Shown here: piece after piece, positions 40,381 to 58,811 of the stretch
How the letters are laid out: the number at the start of each line of letters is the position of its first letter
Numbering within the stretch: position 1 is the stretch's first letter
Assembly: GCF_009914755.1 (NCBI RefSeq)
Contig: NC_060947.1
Length of the DNA: 64,000 bases
Strand: one strand, 5' to 3'
Source: the human T2T-CHM13v2.0 reference genome, Homo sapiens
Translations under genes and position numbers: made by a program
The notes under the pieces: generated by a model
Told to the model about the DNA's origin: nothing
What the model saw: only the letters and a program-made list of their open reading frames with translations
Database searches by the model: none

Positions 40381-42096
40381 TCCATTTAAGGTACATTGCA
40401 CTTGTCTCCAAAATGCAAATGGAGGTGAAGTCTGTATACTGACCTGGTTTCCCTATATTCATTGTAAACATTTTTGTTAAACATCTACATCCCTGCCAAG
40501 AATTTTAATTGTCCTAGAAATTACACATGGTAACTTAAGGTTATAAAAATCTTAGTAAAATTAAAACGTAGATCCCTCTTCAGGAAAAAGAAACAGAAAT
40601 CTCACTCAACTCTCAGGCACGGATATTATTGAAAAAGCAAACCACATAGTTATATGTAATATTTTAAATAAGAACCATCTGCCTATAATAAAGCTAAAAT
40701 AAGACAGAGCTCAGATAAAACAGAATATTCCTTTATTAAAAAAAATGTTTGCAAGAAAAGTTTGCATGTCTAAACACCTCCCAAAATACTTGCTTTATAA
40801 TAGTTAATATCTTTTGTATTATACCACGTTGGAGAAAGTTGCAGGCATTAAAATTCAGCGCATTAATTTTCTCTCCCTGAAAGCCTTCTGGCCAATTATA
40901 GACAAGCTCACGGGGCCGACACGTGGGTAAATTCACTTAGTCTCCCTATGTAGGTATTTCTGCTTTCTGTAATACACCATGTGGCATTGATACTATTGAT
41001 CTCATGTTATTAGATATATTAAAACTCCAAAACTACTTTGGAAAATATAATCATTCTGCAAGTTTTCAGAAACTTAAGAACTTGAAAACCAACAGCAACC
41101 CACACCCTTGAACATTTGGCAAAATTGAATTCTCAGTTATGAATAAGATTGTCTCTCGTTTTCCCCAGAAAAGCTCACAGAAACGTCTGCCCGTTTCTAG
41201 TAACAGCTGGTAAACCCGACCATAAAAGTCATTCCTAGAAGCAGCACTTAAAGGGACAGTATTGTCTTTGGGATAAAATTTCTTCTGGAAAAAAAAAAAG
41301 TGCTCTAGGAAATGTTTGAAATATCTCCAAAGAGTTGATTGATCCATATGCTGGGAGTTAATAATTTCTGTGATGTAAAGTTATCGTGGCATATGAAGAA
41401 AAAGGAAAACGGAACCAGGAAAGCATTTTAAATTATTATAATTATATCTGTCCATCACAAATTAAGAGGAAATTGTAAACCCTCCCGAAATAGAGGGGGA
41501 GCTGCTAAAATCAATTCCTCATTTTCTTCTGTTTCTCTCACATTCAAACTTCAATGAACAAAGTCTCGGGGCTTTGAAAAGTCAAATTGAATACAATCCA
41601 ATTAGGATGAATTTGGCCTTTCATTTGTGGTTCAGAGCTGTGTTTCTATGACCGGGTTTATGAACCCAGAGAGATCGTACAAATTAACCTTAATTACACG
41701 GTGTTTGGGGTAACCATATAAACAGCAACCTCTTCAATGGGCTTCATGTTTGCAAATGTGCCAATGGTAAGAGGTGGGCTCCACACGGGGGCAGAGGGTT
41801 GTGTCCAGAGTCTGATCTCTCCTTTGGCATCCTCAAGCAAAAGGTTTCTGGTCACAACTGCAGCTTTCTCAGGGGAGCCACCTGGTTTCTGAAGAGGGCT
41901 GGCCCAGTATGCTCTGGTGACCTTCGGGGGTTGGGGAGAGAGACTACCCTTCACATCTGTGTTATGTGCTTCTACAGCCTCCTGCCCTGGGGTCATTCTC
42001 CTCCCTGCCCTTCTCAAGATGCTCAAGAACCCATCCATGTGCCTTCTGCTCTAAGACCGTGATGAAGGGTTCTGTTTAATGCAGCAAACATATTGC

Positions 42097-43428
42097 CATC
42101 CGTTCATCCATTAATGCACTGATCAATCAATTCATTGATCCATCCATCCACTCATCTCTTTACCCACACATCCACTCATCCATTTATTTATGTGTCCAGC
42201 CACCTATTCACCCATCCACCTACCCATCCATAGACTCATCCACCCATCCATCCACTTATCTATCTATCCATCCACCCATCTGTCCATCCATCCATTCATC
42301 CACCCTTCCATCCATCTGTCCATCCATTAATCCATCCATCTATGTACCATTCCACTCATCCATCCATCCATTCATCCATCCACCCTCCCATCTATCTGTC
42401 CATCCATTTATCTACCATTCCATCCATCCATTCATCCACCCACCCATCCATCCATTCCTCCACTCTCCCATCTATCTGTCCATCCATCCATCCACCCACC
42501 CATCCATTCATCTACTTACACATTTATCTATCCACCCATCCACTCATTCATCCATATTTCCACCCATCCATCTATCCATTCATCCATCCACCCATTCATC
42601 CACACACACACCCATATATTCATTCACTCCCCCGTTTATTCATCCATTTATTCATCCATCCACTCACCCACCCATTCACCCTCCCATCCATCCTTCAATC
42701 CCCTCATCCATCCATTCATTCAGCCAGACAGCCACCTACACATCTATCCATCCATCCATCCATTCATCAATCCATCTATCCATCTATCCATCCATTCATC
42801 CATCCATTCATCCACCCTCCCATTCATTCATCCATCCATCTATCTAGCATTCCATCCATCCATCCATCCATCCATCCATCCACCCATCCATCCATTCATC
42901 CACCTTCCCATCTATTCATCCATCCATCTATCTATCATTCCATCCATCCATCCATCCACCCTCCCATCTATCTATCCATCCATTCATCCATCCACTTATC
43001 TACCATTTCATTTATGCATCCATCCATCCACCCATCTATTCATCCATCCAGCCACCTCCATCTATCCATCCATCCATGCATCCATTCATCCATCCATTCA
43101 TCTACCCTCTCATCCATCCATCCACCTACATGTTTATCCATCCATCCATCCACTCATTCATCCATCTTTCCACCCATCCATCTATCCATTCATCCATCCA
43201 CTCATTCATCCACCCACATGCCCACACATTCATTCACCCTCCCATTTATTCATCCATCATTAATCCATCCACCCACCAATTCACCCTCCCATCCATACAT
43301 CCATCCCCTCATCCATCCATTCATCCAGCCAGCCAGCCACCTACCCATCTGTCCATCCATCCATCCATCCACCCATTCATTCATCCATCCATCAATCCAT
43401 CCATCCATCCGTCCATCCTTCCTTCACT
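42097..43428. repeat. (CCAT)n degenerate microsatellite
   Basis: catccatcc runs. Confidence 0.95.
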
Positions 43429-43865
43429 CACTGAGAGATGAACGAAACATACCCCTCTGCCCAAGAAGAGCTCACTATCCCCTGGGGAAGCTGATTATCA
43501 TGGAGGTGTGTGGGCAAATTGAATGACGCCAACAAGGTCATTGGACACAGAGGAGCAGCCCCAGAAGCCGTGTGGGAGAGGGAGAATCATGAAGCCATAA
43601 CCCAGTTTGAGCCACTTAAAGAGGACTTCTGCAACATAATCACGCAAAAACAGGTAACTTCCAGTGGGCGTCCCTTACAGTATCCCCATCAGGGAGGTAC
43701 TATTTGCAATTTTACAAGATTGATTTAAAATAAACCTAAGGAAACCGCACAAGCAACCAACAAACAGGTGTCTCCTTGCTTTCAATGCAGCTAAGGTGTC
43801 CTTGAGCCACAATGAGGATGCCCTGCCTTTATATTCAGCTGTAGGCAGCACGTGACGATGGAAGC

Positions 43866-44930
43866 CGTCCATCTGTCCATCCATTCATGCATCCATCTAT
43901 CTACCATTCCATCCATGCATCCATCTATCTACCATTCCATCCATGCATTCATCCACGCATCCATCCATGCATCCATCCATCCATGCATCCATCCATCATC
44001 TATCTACCATTCCATCCATGCATTCATCCATGTATCCATCCATGCATCCATGCATCCATCCATCCATTCATGCATCCATCTACCATTCCATCCATGCATT
44101 CATCCATGCATTCATCCATGTATCCATGCATCCATGCATCCATCCATCCATCCATCCATCCATCCATCCATCCATCCATCTATCTACCATTCCATCCATG
44201 CATCCATCCATCCATGAATCCACACATCCATCCATCCATCTATCTACCATTCCATCCATCCATGGATCCATCCATGCATCCATCCATGCATCCATCCATC
44301 CATTCATCCATCCATCTACCTACCATTCCGTCCATGTATCCATCCATGCATTCATACATGAATCCATGCATCCATCCATGCATCCATCCATCCATTCATC
44401 CATCCATCTAACATTCCATCAATCTATCTACCATTCCATCCATGCATCCATCCATGCATCCATCCATTCATTCATCCCTCCATCTACCATTCCATCCATC
44501 TATCTACCATTCCATCCATGCATCCATCCATGCATCCATCCATTCATTCATCCCTCCATCTACCATTCCATCCATCTATCTACCATTCCATCCATGCATC
44601 CATCCATGCATTCTTCCATGCATCCATCCATCCATTCATCCATCCATCTACCTACCATTCCATCCATGCCTCCATCCATGCATTCGTCCATGAATCCATG
44701 CATCCATCCATGCATCCATTCATCCATTCATCCATCCACCTAGCATTCCATCCATCTATCTACCATTCCATTCTTGCATCCACCAATGCATCTATCCATC
44801 CGTTCATCTGTCCATCCATCTACCATTCCATCCATCTATCTACCATTCCATCCATGCATCCATCCATGCATCCATCCATGAGTCCATGCATCCATCCATC
44901 CATCCATGCATCCATCCATCCATCCATCTT
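43866..44930. repeat. (CCAT/GCAT)n microsatellite with higher-order units
   Basis: tctatctaccattccatccatgcatcc recurring. Confidence 0.95.
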
Positions 44931-45599
44931 GTCTTTATCCCACCAAGACTCTACAGAGACACCCGTCTGCAGAGTGGGTAAAGAGAAACTAACTTCTCCC
45001 TGGGGCTTTCCCAAGAGGTATGGCCGGAGTGCAGACACGTCAGTTATGCAGTCAATGCTGAGTGAGTTGACTCAGTCAACGCTGAGTGAGGGGCCATGTA
45101 GTCCACACCACGCAGTCAGCCCTGAGTGGGGAGTAAGAGGGAGAGCACCTTGAGGACAAAACATTAAGCATTGTGCGCATCTTCACATCTCTCTGAAATA
45201 TGGCTTCACCCAGGATGACCTGACACCAGGACATTCTGCTCTCAGGTGCCATGTTGGTGTCATAGAAAGGGAATCAGTTAAAATCATGAACATTCCAGGC
45301 GTCCGCTTTTATTCTAAGAATATAGCACTCCATTTGAAAAGAAACAAGGTCCTCCACCTTTCTGTTCTGGGAGCCTTTAACTCTGGAGATCTTCCTTTGC
45401 ACATATACTAGTGGGCTTGCTTCTGTCCCTTTCTGGGTATCTTCACACAGTCGCCCTTGGAGAGACCAAACGCCTGGCAGCTGGTGTAGTTTCCTGTTGG
45501 GTCACAGAGTCTTCCTCCCCAATAGAGCCGCCGTCACCCCTCTCCTGACAGCTCAGGGCTGCTGACCAGCTCACACGGGTCTCTCCTGAATTCATTGCC

Positions 45600-46260
45600 C
45601 TCCCTTCCAAGCCGTGCTGTATTTTAATGTACTTTTTCAAGGAGTTTATGATCTCTGCTGCTTTCATAGCATCTGTCAAGAGTATCAAACTGTGGTCCCC
45701 TCTTTGAGTTAATAAAGCTACAGTACAATAGTGCATGGGTATCAGAGGTCTGTAGACCTTTCTCACGACTTACCAACCTGACATGAAATCATTAATGATT
45801 ACTCCACCGTCCTTGAGTTTTTAGACGGTTGCTGTATAATGATCCTTCCCTTCCTACCTTTTTCTGGTTTCTTGATGAGATGGTTATCTGGGGCTCTGTC
45901 AGGTCCTAATGGAATTCAACCGGACTGGATTCACGTTTTCCTTCCCGGCGCTGGCTCCGTTGATTTTCTCGTCATGAAATAAAATAATTGCTTTGACAGG
46001 ATTCAGGTGAGAATTCCAAACATATGGCTTATTATTTAATAATGGTTTCACCGAAGGCTCTATTAAGTAACCCAAATGTAGTCAGGTTTAGATGAGCCTT
46101 TAAATCTTCGATTTTGAAACTAAATGGTACTAATTATTCGAGTGACAAAATAAGCCAGACCTGTCAGCTTCGAAGTTTAAAAATAATACTCAGGCAGACC
46201 CAATTGGTGAGCGGGTCTAATGGATATTGATTGATTATGTCCTGTTTCCATCCACTTCCC
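45600..46260. promoter_or_regulatory. Candidate conserved enhancer
   Basis: Several TGACA/TGTCA sites, tgattgat at 46228, palindrome aatcattaatgatt at 45787; motif evidence only. Confidence 0.35.
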
Positions 46261-46357
46261 ATTGTGTCTTAGAGGCATTTTACCTCTGGGTGTGGGTGAT
46301 GGAAGAGAGGCTTTTTCTACTGAAGGCTGCTTGGTAGTGTAGACAAAAGAGAGTTTA

Positions 46358-46532
46358 GGGCGAGGTGGGGTGGCTCACGCCTGTAATCCCAGTACTTTGG
46401 GAGGCTGAGGCAGGTGGATCACAAGGTCAGCAGTTTGAGACCAGCCTGGCCAACATGGTGAAACCCCATCTTTACTAAAAATACAAAAATTAGCCAGGTG
46501 TGGTGGCGGGCACCTGTAGCCCCAGCTACTAG
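46358..46532 (+). mobile_element. Alu 5' portion, truncated
   Basis: Ends at cccagctactagg, then (gtattt)n. Confidence 0.88.
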
Positions 46533-46559
46533 GTATTTTGTATTTGTATTTGTATTTTT

Positions 46560-47172
46560 AGCCATGATTGTTTGCTGTACCCATCAACCCATCATCTAGG
46601 TTTTAAGCCCCACATGCATTAGGTATTTGTCCTAATGCTCTCCCTCTGCCTGCCCCCCAATCCCCCAACAGGCCCCAGCGTGTAATATTTCCCTCCCTAT
46701 GTCCATGTGTTCTCATTGCTCAACTCCCACTTATGAGTGAGAACATGCGGTGTTTGGTTTTCTGTTCTTGTGATAGTTTACTGAGAATGATGGTTTCCAG
46801 CTTCATCCATGTCCCTGCAAAGGACACGAACTCGTCCTTTTCTATGGCTGCATAGTATTCCATGGTGTCTATGTGCCACATTTTCTTTCTCCAGTCTTTC
46901 ACTGATGGGCATTTGGGTTGGTTCCAAGTCTTTGCTATTGCAAACAGTGTTATGATGTACATATGTGTGCATGTGTCTTTATAGTAGAATGACTTATAAT
47001 CCTTTGGGTATGTACCCGGTAATGAGATTGCTGGACCAAATGTTATTTCTGGTTCTAGATCCTTGAGGAATTGCCACACTGTCTTCCACAATGGTTGAAC
47101 TAATTTACACTCCCACCAACAGTGTAAAAGCCTTCCTATTTCTCCACATCCTCTCCACCATCTGTTGTTGCC
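46560..47172 (-). mobile_element. L1PA-family 3' fragment
   Basis: Minus-strand ORF RWWRGCGEIG..HCWWECKLVQPLWKTVW..MEYYAAI is the L1 ORF2 cysteine-rich C-terminus. Confidence 0.93.
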
Positions 47173-47851
47173 AGTCAGCAAGTTTTTGATTCAGGTCCTC
47201 TTTCGTAAAGTTGCCAGCAGAAAAACTTGGACTTACCCCTGGTGCCCTTTGATCTCTGCAGATTCCTCTGTTATTTGGAGGACAAACAATGCCAAGGTCA
47301 GAAAACTCCCACACCTCTGTGACAGCAGGGACATTAGTGTTTAGAAAAAGATTGTCTGTTTATGGGGAAAGTGCAGTGGAAAGAAACCTCATGCATGTAG
47401 GGGTGTCTCTGTGTAGGAATAAAAGCAGCTCGGTCTAAATAGAGCATGACTTCTGCATCCTGGAAAACAGCCTCAGCTCTCTGTTTTCTTCAAAGGCGAC
47501 CGTCGTCTTTGTAATCCCAGCCACACCACCTGAGTTTCCTTCCTGGCTGAGCATTCCTTCCTGTCATCGAGAACCCTGAAATAACCCCAGTCTTTCCTTG
47601 AGTCCTGGTCTCTTGTTATTAATCAGAGAAGCTTTGCAACGCACCTGCTTGGTGGCGAAGACACGCGGAGTGGCCATGGGAAGACGCCTGAGGAATTCCA
47701 AGGAATAGACATTCTGGTAGATGCTACATTCGTGCCCTGCTCCGGTGTTAATATTTTGGGATGGATCTTATAATGAGGAGTGATTCCAGTAACGCAGAGG
47801 TGTGTTTATAGCAGCTGCATACGACGACCCTCTCTCTCTTTAGCGAGCGGA

Positions 47852-48352
47852 GCTGTTACTTCCCATTCCCAGCCATTTGAGTTCCATAACCAGAGACTTT
47901 CCAGTATTTTACCTGCCATGCACTTCCAGGGAATGGGCTGTGTTTATGTGCATAGGATATCCGCGAGCTTTCAGAAGAACCCTAATGGACAAATGGCCAA
48001 CTAAATCCTCTTCCACCTTGCTTATTTTTGTGCCTGAAATGGGTGAGGCAGGTCTTTCTTCTGTATCTAGTTTTTGACACAAATCCTTCTGAATGCAACG
48101 CTGTTACTTCCCATTCCCAGCCATTTGAGTTCCACAACCAGAGACTTTCCAGTATTTTACCTGCCACGCACTTCCAGGGAATGAGCTGTGTTTATGTGCG
48201 TAGGATGTCCGCGAGCTTTTGGAAGAATCCTGATGGACAAAGGGCCAACTAAATCCTCTTCCACCTTGCTTATTTTTGTGCCTGAAATGGGTGAGGCAGG
48301 TCTTTCTTCTGTATCCGGTTTTTGACACAAATCCTTCTGAATGCAACGCTGT
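47852..48352. repeat. 248-bp tandem duplication of unique sequence
   Basis: gctgt at 47852, 48100 and 48348 delimits two near-identical copies. Confidence 0.95.
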
Positions 48353-49665
48353 CTTTGCACAGAATCCCCCACCCTTCCCTCTTTTTTTCCCCCCAGTTTG
48401 AGTTCTAACGATAAATAAACAGCGCCGTTTACAAACATGCCTTTTTAATTGAGGGAAAATCTGTGGTCATCAGGCTTCAGTGCTCAGTCAGGCAATTGCC
48501 TCCTTCCTCTATAAACTCAGCTGAAAATCAATTTTATTCAGACATGTGCATGGTCCTTCCCCCCCTCCCCCACTCAGTGCCTCAAAAATACATACAGCGA
48601 AAATGAAGCCATATGAAAATGAACTCTTCTATACGAAATATCTTCCCCCTGCTTCTGGGATGTCTCTCGGTTGTGTGCAGCGCGGCCCAGCCTGCCGGCC
48701 GCATAATAAGTGAGCTATGCAGGCTCATGAATTCTCGCCTGATTTTCCTCTGCTACAAATGCACCTAGATGACAGATCAACAATTTGAATTAAACCTTTC
48801 CTTATAGTCCTACCGATTTTTTTTTAATCTCACCACGGGCCAATAAAACCATTGTGGAACATTTGTTCCTGTCCAAAAAAAAAAAAAAAAAAAAAAAAAA
48901 AGCACTTTGATTCAAAATAAAATGCAGGCACGGTTTACCAGAACATTTTTATCTCGCTTCGAAGAGCCACCGAAGAAAAAAGATCCCACAGCTATACCTG
49001 TTTGTTAGATGGTCTAGCAAAAAAGAAGCAATTTGCCCATGCAAACTTTTATGTTTCTGAGATGCTTTTTCTGCCTGCGGTTTGAGTATTTTCACTGAAT
49101 ATGAGGGCAAAATAATTGCATTTCAGCCGTGATGAACTTTAACACACACTCTAAATATTAGAATTCCTTAGGATGTTTAGGGGAGTTTATTTTTAGTTTC
49201 CGTCCTTAAACAAAGCCCCACGCTCTGTTCTGCCACAATGTGGACTTGATTAGTTAAAAATAGCCTGGAAACATTTCTAATGAAATTAAAATAGCGACGG
49301 TCACCTCCTCTTCATGTACCCTTCAGTATTGTCTAACATGTACCTTTGTAGATTTCGTTCCCAAATAAATTAGAAGAGTCATCATCAATAAAAAAAATGT
49401 GTGGAAGATGCAAATCCCGAGATGAAAATCATTTACCATTTTTCTAAGTTTAGAACCCAGGGAGAGAGAATAGCAGTATCTGGTTGCTTCAGAAGCTTTT
49501 CTCTTGCAGGGAAGGGGGGGGACAGGGGATTTGGAAAAACGACACCCCAGACTCTATTTCCAGTCTATGCCCCAGTGGGTACAGTTGCTGGGGTATTTTC
49601 TCTTCCTGGTGTCATTGCAGGGGACGCTGGAGAGATCTTGCAAGCTGACCTCCACAAGGAAGAGC

Positions 49666-49729
49666 ATAGGTTTTAAAGACGGAACAAAACAAGTAGGATT
49701 TAAAGATGGAACAAAACAAGTAGGATTTC
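49666..49729. repeat. 27-bp tandem duplication
   Basis: tagg.tttaaaga.ggaacaaaacaag x2 plus a partial copy. Confidence 0.85.
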
Positions 49730-50061
49730 TAAGGCAGTTACCCCTTTGCCTTAATTTCACCAGGCAGGGAACACTGGATACAATTAAAACATTGTCTCAA
49801 GATAAATGCACAGCTGGCTTTTTTCATCCACATGTGCACCTGCCAGGGGCTTGAGCTTGCAAATGCTGCAAATGCCGGGTTGTATTTATGCAACTGCCGC
49901 CTCCTCCCAAGCCTTTCCGAAGCCGACCTGTCCTGTGTTCAGCCCCAGCGTCTATGCTATTAGACAGATGAGGGATATTTTTCCATCATAAGCCCCCAGA
50001 CGGCACCGGATACTGTCTCCTGAACTCTCCCAACTTGGGGATCCTGGAGGAATGTTTTTAA

Positions 50062-51350
<1,289 letters not shown>

Positions 51351-51372
51351 TAACATGCATAAAAACACGCTA

Positions 51373-51714
<342 letters not shown>

Positions 51715-51823
51715 TCAAGAAATGTGCCTGTTGTTTATAGCAGAAGTGACTGCCATTTGCTAAAGTTTCCGTGTCCACCCAATGTGAGTATCCTTGCAGA
51801 AGCCGCATACACTACGGAGGTCA

Positions 51824-52271
<448 letters not shown>

Positions 52272-52394
52272 TCACGTAATTGCCAAATTTACTGTTTTAA
52301 CTTTTCTTTTTAATATGCCATATATATATAAAAGCAATGTTTAAAAATCACATAATTGCCAAATTTACTATTTTAACTTTTCTTTTTAATATGC

Positions 52395-52609
52395 CATATA
52401 TATATGCCATATGCATATATATGTGTGTATATATACGTATATATGTGTATATGTATATATATACGTATATGTGTATATATACATATATACATGTATATGT
52501 GTGTATATACGTATATATACATATGTATGTATATACACACACATATATATCATATATACATACATGTATATATACATACATATATATACATATATAAATA
52601 TATATATAT
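52395..52609. repeat. (TA/TG/CA)n alternating purine-pyrimidine microsatellite
   Basis: atatatgtgtatatatacatata runs. Confidence 0.93.
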
Positions 52610-52681
52610 GGGTTTTTTTTTTGATGTTAGAAGTTCTGACCCACTCTCATTCCTTTGATTGATTAAAAGAGACAGAGATTT

Positions 52682-52988
<307 letters not shown>

Positions 52989-53184
52989 TCACTGACTTGC
53001 CTCAAACACCTCTTTTGCATAAGCAGTTTGATGTTAATGGTTCTTTAAAAGCAATGTTTAAAAATCACATAATTGCCAAATTTACTGTTTTAGCTTTTCT
53101 TTTTAATATGCCATTTTTTTTTTTGAAGTAAGAAGTTCTGACCCACTCTTTTTCCTTTGGTTGATTAAAAGAGAGATTTTGTTT

Positions 53185-53528
53185 TCTTTTCTTTTGTTCT
53201 TTATTATTATACTTTAAGTTCTGGGGTACGTGTGCAGAACGTGCAGGTTTGTTACATAGGTATACACGTGCCATGGTGGTTTGCTGCACCCATCCACCCG
53301 TCATCTACATTAGGTATTTGTCCTAATGCTCTCCCTCCCCTTGGCCCCCCAGCCCCAAACAGGCCCTGGTGTGTGACGTTCCCCTCCCTGTGTCCCTCTG
53401 TTCTCATCGTTCAACTCCCACTTATGAGTGAGAACATGCGGCGTTTGGTTTTCTGTTCCTGTGTGAGTTTGCTGAGAATGATGGTTTCCAGCTTCATCCA
53501 TGTCCCTGCAAAGGACATGAACTCATCA
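53185..53528 (-). mobile_element. L1PA-family 3' end
   Basis: tattatactttaagttctgggg..gtgcagaacgtgcaggtttgttacataggtatac. Confidence 0.92.
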
Positions 53529-53869
53529 TCAAAGAGAGGTTTTTAAGGCTGTGAAGACCTTCCCCTATTACATCAGGGCACATTGCATTAACAAGATACA
53601 ACCCAGGCTCACAGACACCGCAGAACGTCTCCTGAATTTCTATTTGTTTCTTCTTTTGTTTTTGTTTTTTTTTAAACTGGTCATGAAGCTCTTTCGGGGC
53701 ACCCTGAAACCTCATTCATCGGACAGGACATTAGAGCTGCAGCAGAGACTAATAAGGTTTTGCTTTCATTTTGGCAAGAAAAGGTCTGTGTCTGTCTGTC
53801 TGGTCATGGAGTCGCGGCTTCAAAGAGCCTCTGCCGTGCACTGGTCTTTGAAGTCACCATTTAGTGGAT

Positions 53870-54753
<884 letters not shown>

Positions 54754-54781
54754 ATATCTTGTTTCTTAAAAGGCATCTTTG

Positions 54782-55101
<320 letters not shown>

Positions 55102-56179
55102 CTATGTGCACTGTTTGCAAGAAAGTCTGAAAGATAGTACGGCTTCTAAGCACTGCAAAGCATTTTGGCTGCCAGAAAGATGCTGTCAGCCCTGAGGGTT
55201 GCCACTGCTGAGGGTACAGGTCTCCCAGGCGTTGCTGATGTGAGCTGTGCCAGAGACCTCCCTGAGCTCACCTGCCTGGTGGGGCTGGTTTCTTCCTGTG
55301 CTCTCTCTCTCTGTCTCTGTGTGTGGGTCCTACCAGGCCCGGTGAGCCCTGGAATCTGCCCAGAGGTGGCAGGTAGGTGCATGACGCTCCTTGGGAGAAT
55401 ACACAGCCGCCACTCAAAGCCCCTCCTTTATTCAGTCTAAGTAATAGGTCCAGTGGGCCTATAACCTGGTTTTATGGGGCTGTGGAGTCATACTGTAAAT
55501 CTCACACGCCGTCCTGGCTGGCAGTCACTCCCCAGCCTTCATTTCCCTCCCCTCCCCTGCGTCCCGAGCAAACTTTTTCCACCGTTATATCCTTGCAATG
55601 TTTCTGACCCGTTGGCAAACTCGAGGGCGGCAGCGCGGGGCCCCCGTGTGAACAGCTCGAGGTGGTTTCTTGCCAAGAGAAATGCTGGGAATGCTGGGGA
55701 CTGAAGTGTAAGTGGGTGATAAAAAAAAAAAAAGATGTTCAGCTTTGCACCTGCACGGGATCCTGGGCCTGCCCACCTGGGCATCGGGGGAGAAGGAGGA
55801 GGAGGCGAGTTTTTAAGACCTCACGGGTGTTTCTCCCGGGTACGCCCAAAAGGTATTGGGAAAGGAGGTGTTCAAATGAGAACGTGTGCGTGGGTTTTCA
55901 CAACGGCTGAAACGTGGAAATGGTGCAAGGCTGAGCATGAAGATATCTGTCTGGTTTCTTTGGACGTTCAGCTTACAGACAAAAGTGGCATCACTATGTA
56001 TATACACATATATATTTTATATATAGTTATATAAATTTGTATATTATATAATTTACAGAATTTTATATATTAGATATGTATTATATATTATATATATTAT
56101 TTCGCACCAACAATGCTGCATGTCTGAATTTAAAACAAAAACACCTTTAAACATTTTTCTATAGTTTCAGTTTAATTAA

Positions 56180-56826
<647 letters not shown>

Positions 56827-58454
56827 TCAGTATACTTTCTCCCCAAGTGTGAACCATCCATTTCCAGAATGTGTCCAGCGACTTGGGACTATATGGCCTT
56901 TGAACGTCTGAACACCCTCAGTTCTCCTTCATATTCTCCAGCTCCCCTGCATGGAGATGTGGGCCTTTTAGGGTTCTTTCCACCCCTTTACGGCCTCTCT
57001 GCTAGCCTTCCATTGGCAAGGACAATTGCCAAAAGGAGGTATCCAGCTCTAACCCTGCAGAACAGACAGAGAGCCCAGTAGCCTGGCAGCCAGAGAGGCT
57101 TTCTCTAAAACAGGCATCCCTGGCAGCCTCATTGAAATGGGAAGATTCATTATCCCATTTCCATTTAATTGTTATTTTGCCGGCAGAAAAGCCTGGAGTT
57201 TCTCTGAAAGGCAGTGATGGTGTTGTCCTTTTAGATTCCCTGGGGAATGATCTTTAAAAAATTGCGTGCCCAGCTTCCCAAGTGCCCAGCATTTGCCTTG
57301 ACATTAACTTACTCTATGAAGTACGGATGTTGCAGAGGGGAGGGCATCCAAGCCCCTGGCTTCCCGGAGAAATTGGTAAGGGTTGTCTGCAGCTTCCCAG
57401 CCTTAAAAATACTTGACAAGTTGACATCCTCACTGCTAAGTGGGGCTGATGGAGCCTCGTCAACCCCAGGACCCGCTGATCAGCCGTGGCAGGAATCATA
57501 CCCACAGCCTTATGCGAAGTGATGAGTTGGATTTGCTTCCAGCAGGGTGAAAGCAATTGGATTTCACTTGTTCTCAATGTACAGCAAGAGAAAAGTGGGG
57601 GACTGACTCAGAGAACCCGTGTTCCCTCCATATGCAGCTCAGTCATCTCTGAAATACACTGCAAATTGTTTAAACCTTAAAAACAGAGCGGCGTGAATGT
57701 GCCTCCTGATGGCACCGGGTTTTGATAAGATGATAGGCTGTGGCGATGGATTTCAGATGTGAGTTTCTGTGCTTGCCAAAATGCTGGGCGAAAGATGAAG
57801 GTAATTGCTAGCATTGTTGGCCTTGCCAATAATCCGTCTCTCTCTCTCTCTCTCTATCCTCTCTCCTCTCTCCTCTCTCCTCTCTCCTCTCTCTGTCTCT
57901 CGTTTTTTCTTTTTTATTTTGCTTCAAGAATCTGGTTGCCTTAATGAGAAACTTTGCCCCTGCTAAGCTGACCTTTCACGTCTGGAACAAAACACAGCAG
58001 CTCCGCCTCAGCCACAGTGATGGGGAGCCTTGTGGACCTGAAACCTCTCGGTGGCCAAACCAGAAATGATTTTTGACAGGACCAGGCTGAATTCCCTGAG
58101 TACATTCACGGCCACCCGCCCCTCTCCTCTCCCCCTCCTTTTTTTTTTTTTTTTTTTATTTTAATGGTCCAAAATTGGCTGTTTAATATCTGAGCATGCC
58201 AGAGTCTTGGAGGATGCCAGAAATGGAAAGTTTGTGCCTGGGGTCATAGGAAGCTCCCTACCAGGTGAGGCAGCGTGATGCCAGTCCCCAATGAGCAAGG
58301 AGGCAGCAGCCCTGTCCAGTGTATGAGCGTGACCTTGGGGATCTGTGTAGATAGAAATTTCCGGAAGGATTTAAGCAGGTTAGGCTCCCGCCCCGTCACC
58401 CTGTTTCACCATAGACAGTCCATAAATAAAAAAGAGATTAAAAATGTGTTTTTC

Positions 58455-58811
<357 letters not shown>

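Noticed and set aside
42342-45153. His/Pro/Ser/Ile-rich ORFs
   Set aside because: Translation of (CCAT)n repeats.
46720-47181. 153-aa ORF with a cysteine-rich motif
   Set aside because: C-terminal remnant of L1 ORF2 in a truncated element, not a host gene.
55500-55920. CpG-island promoter
   Set aside because: The CpG cluster is short and patchy, with no linked exon or convincing core promoter.
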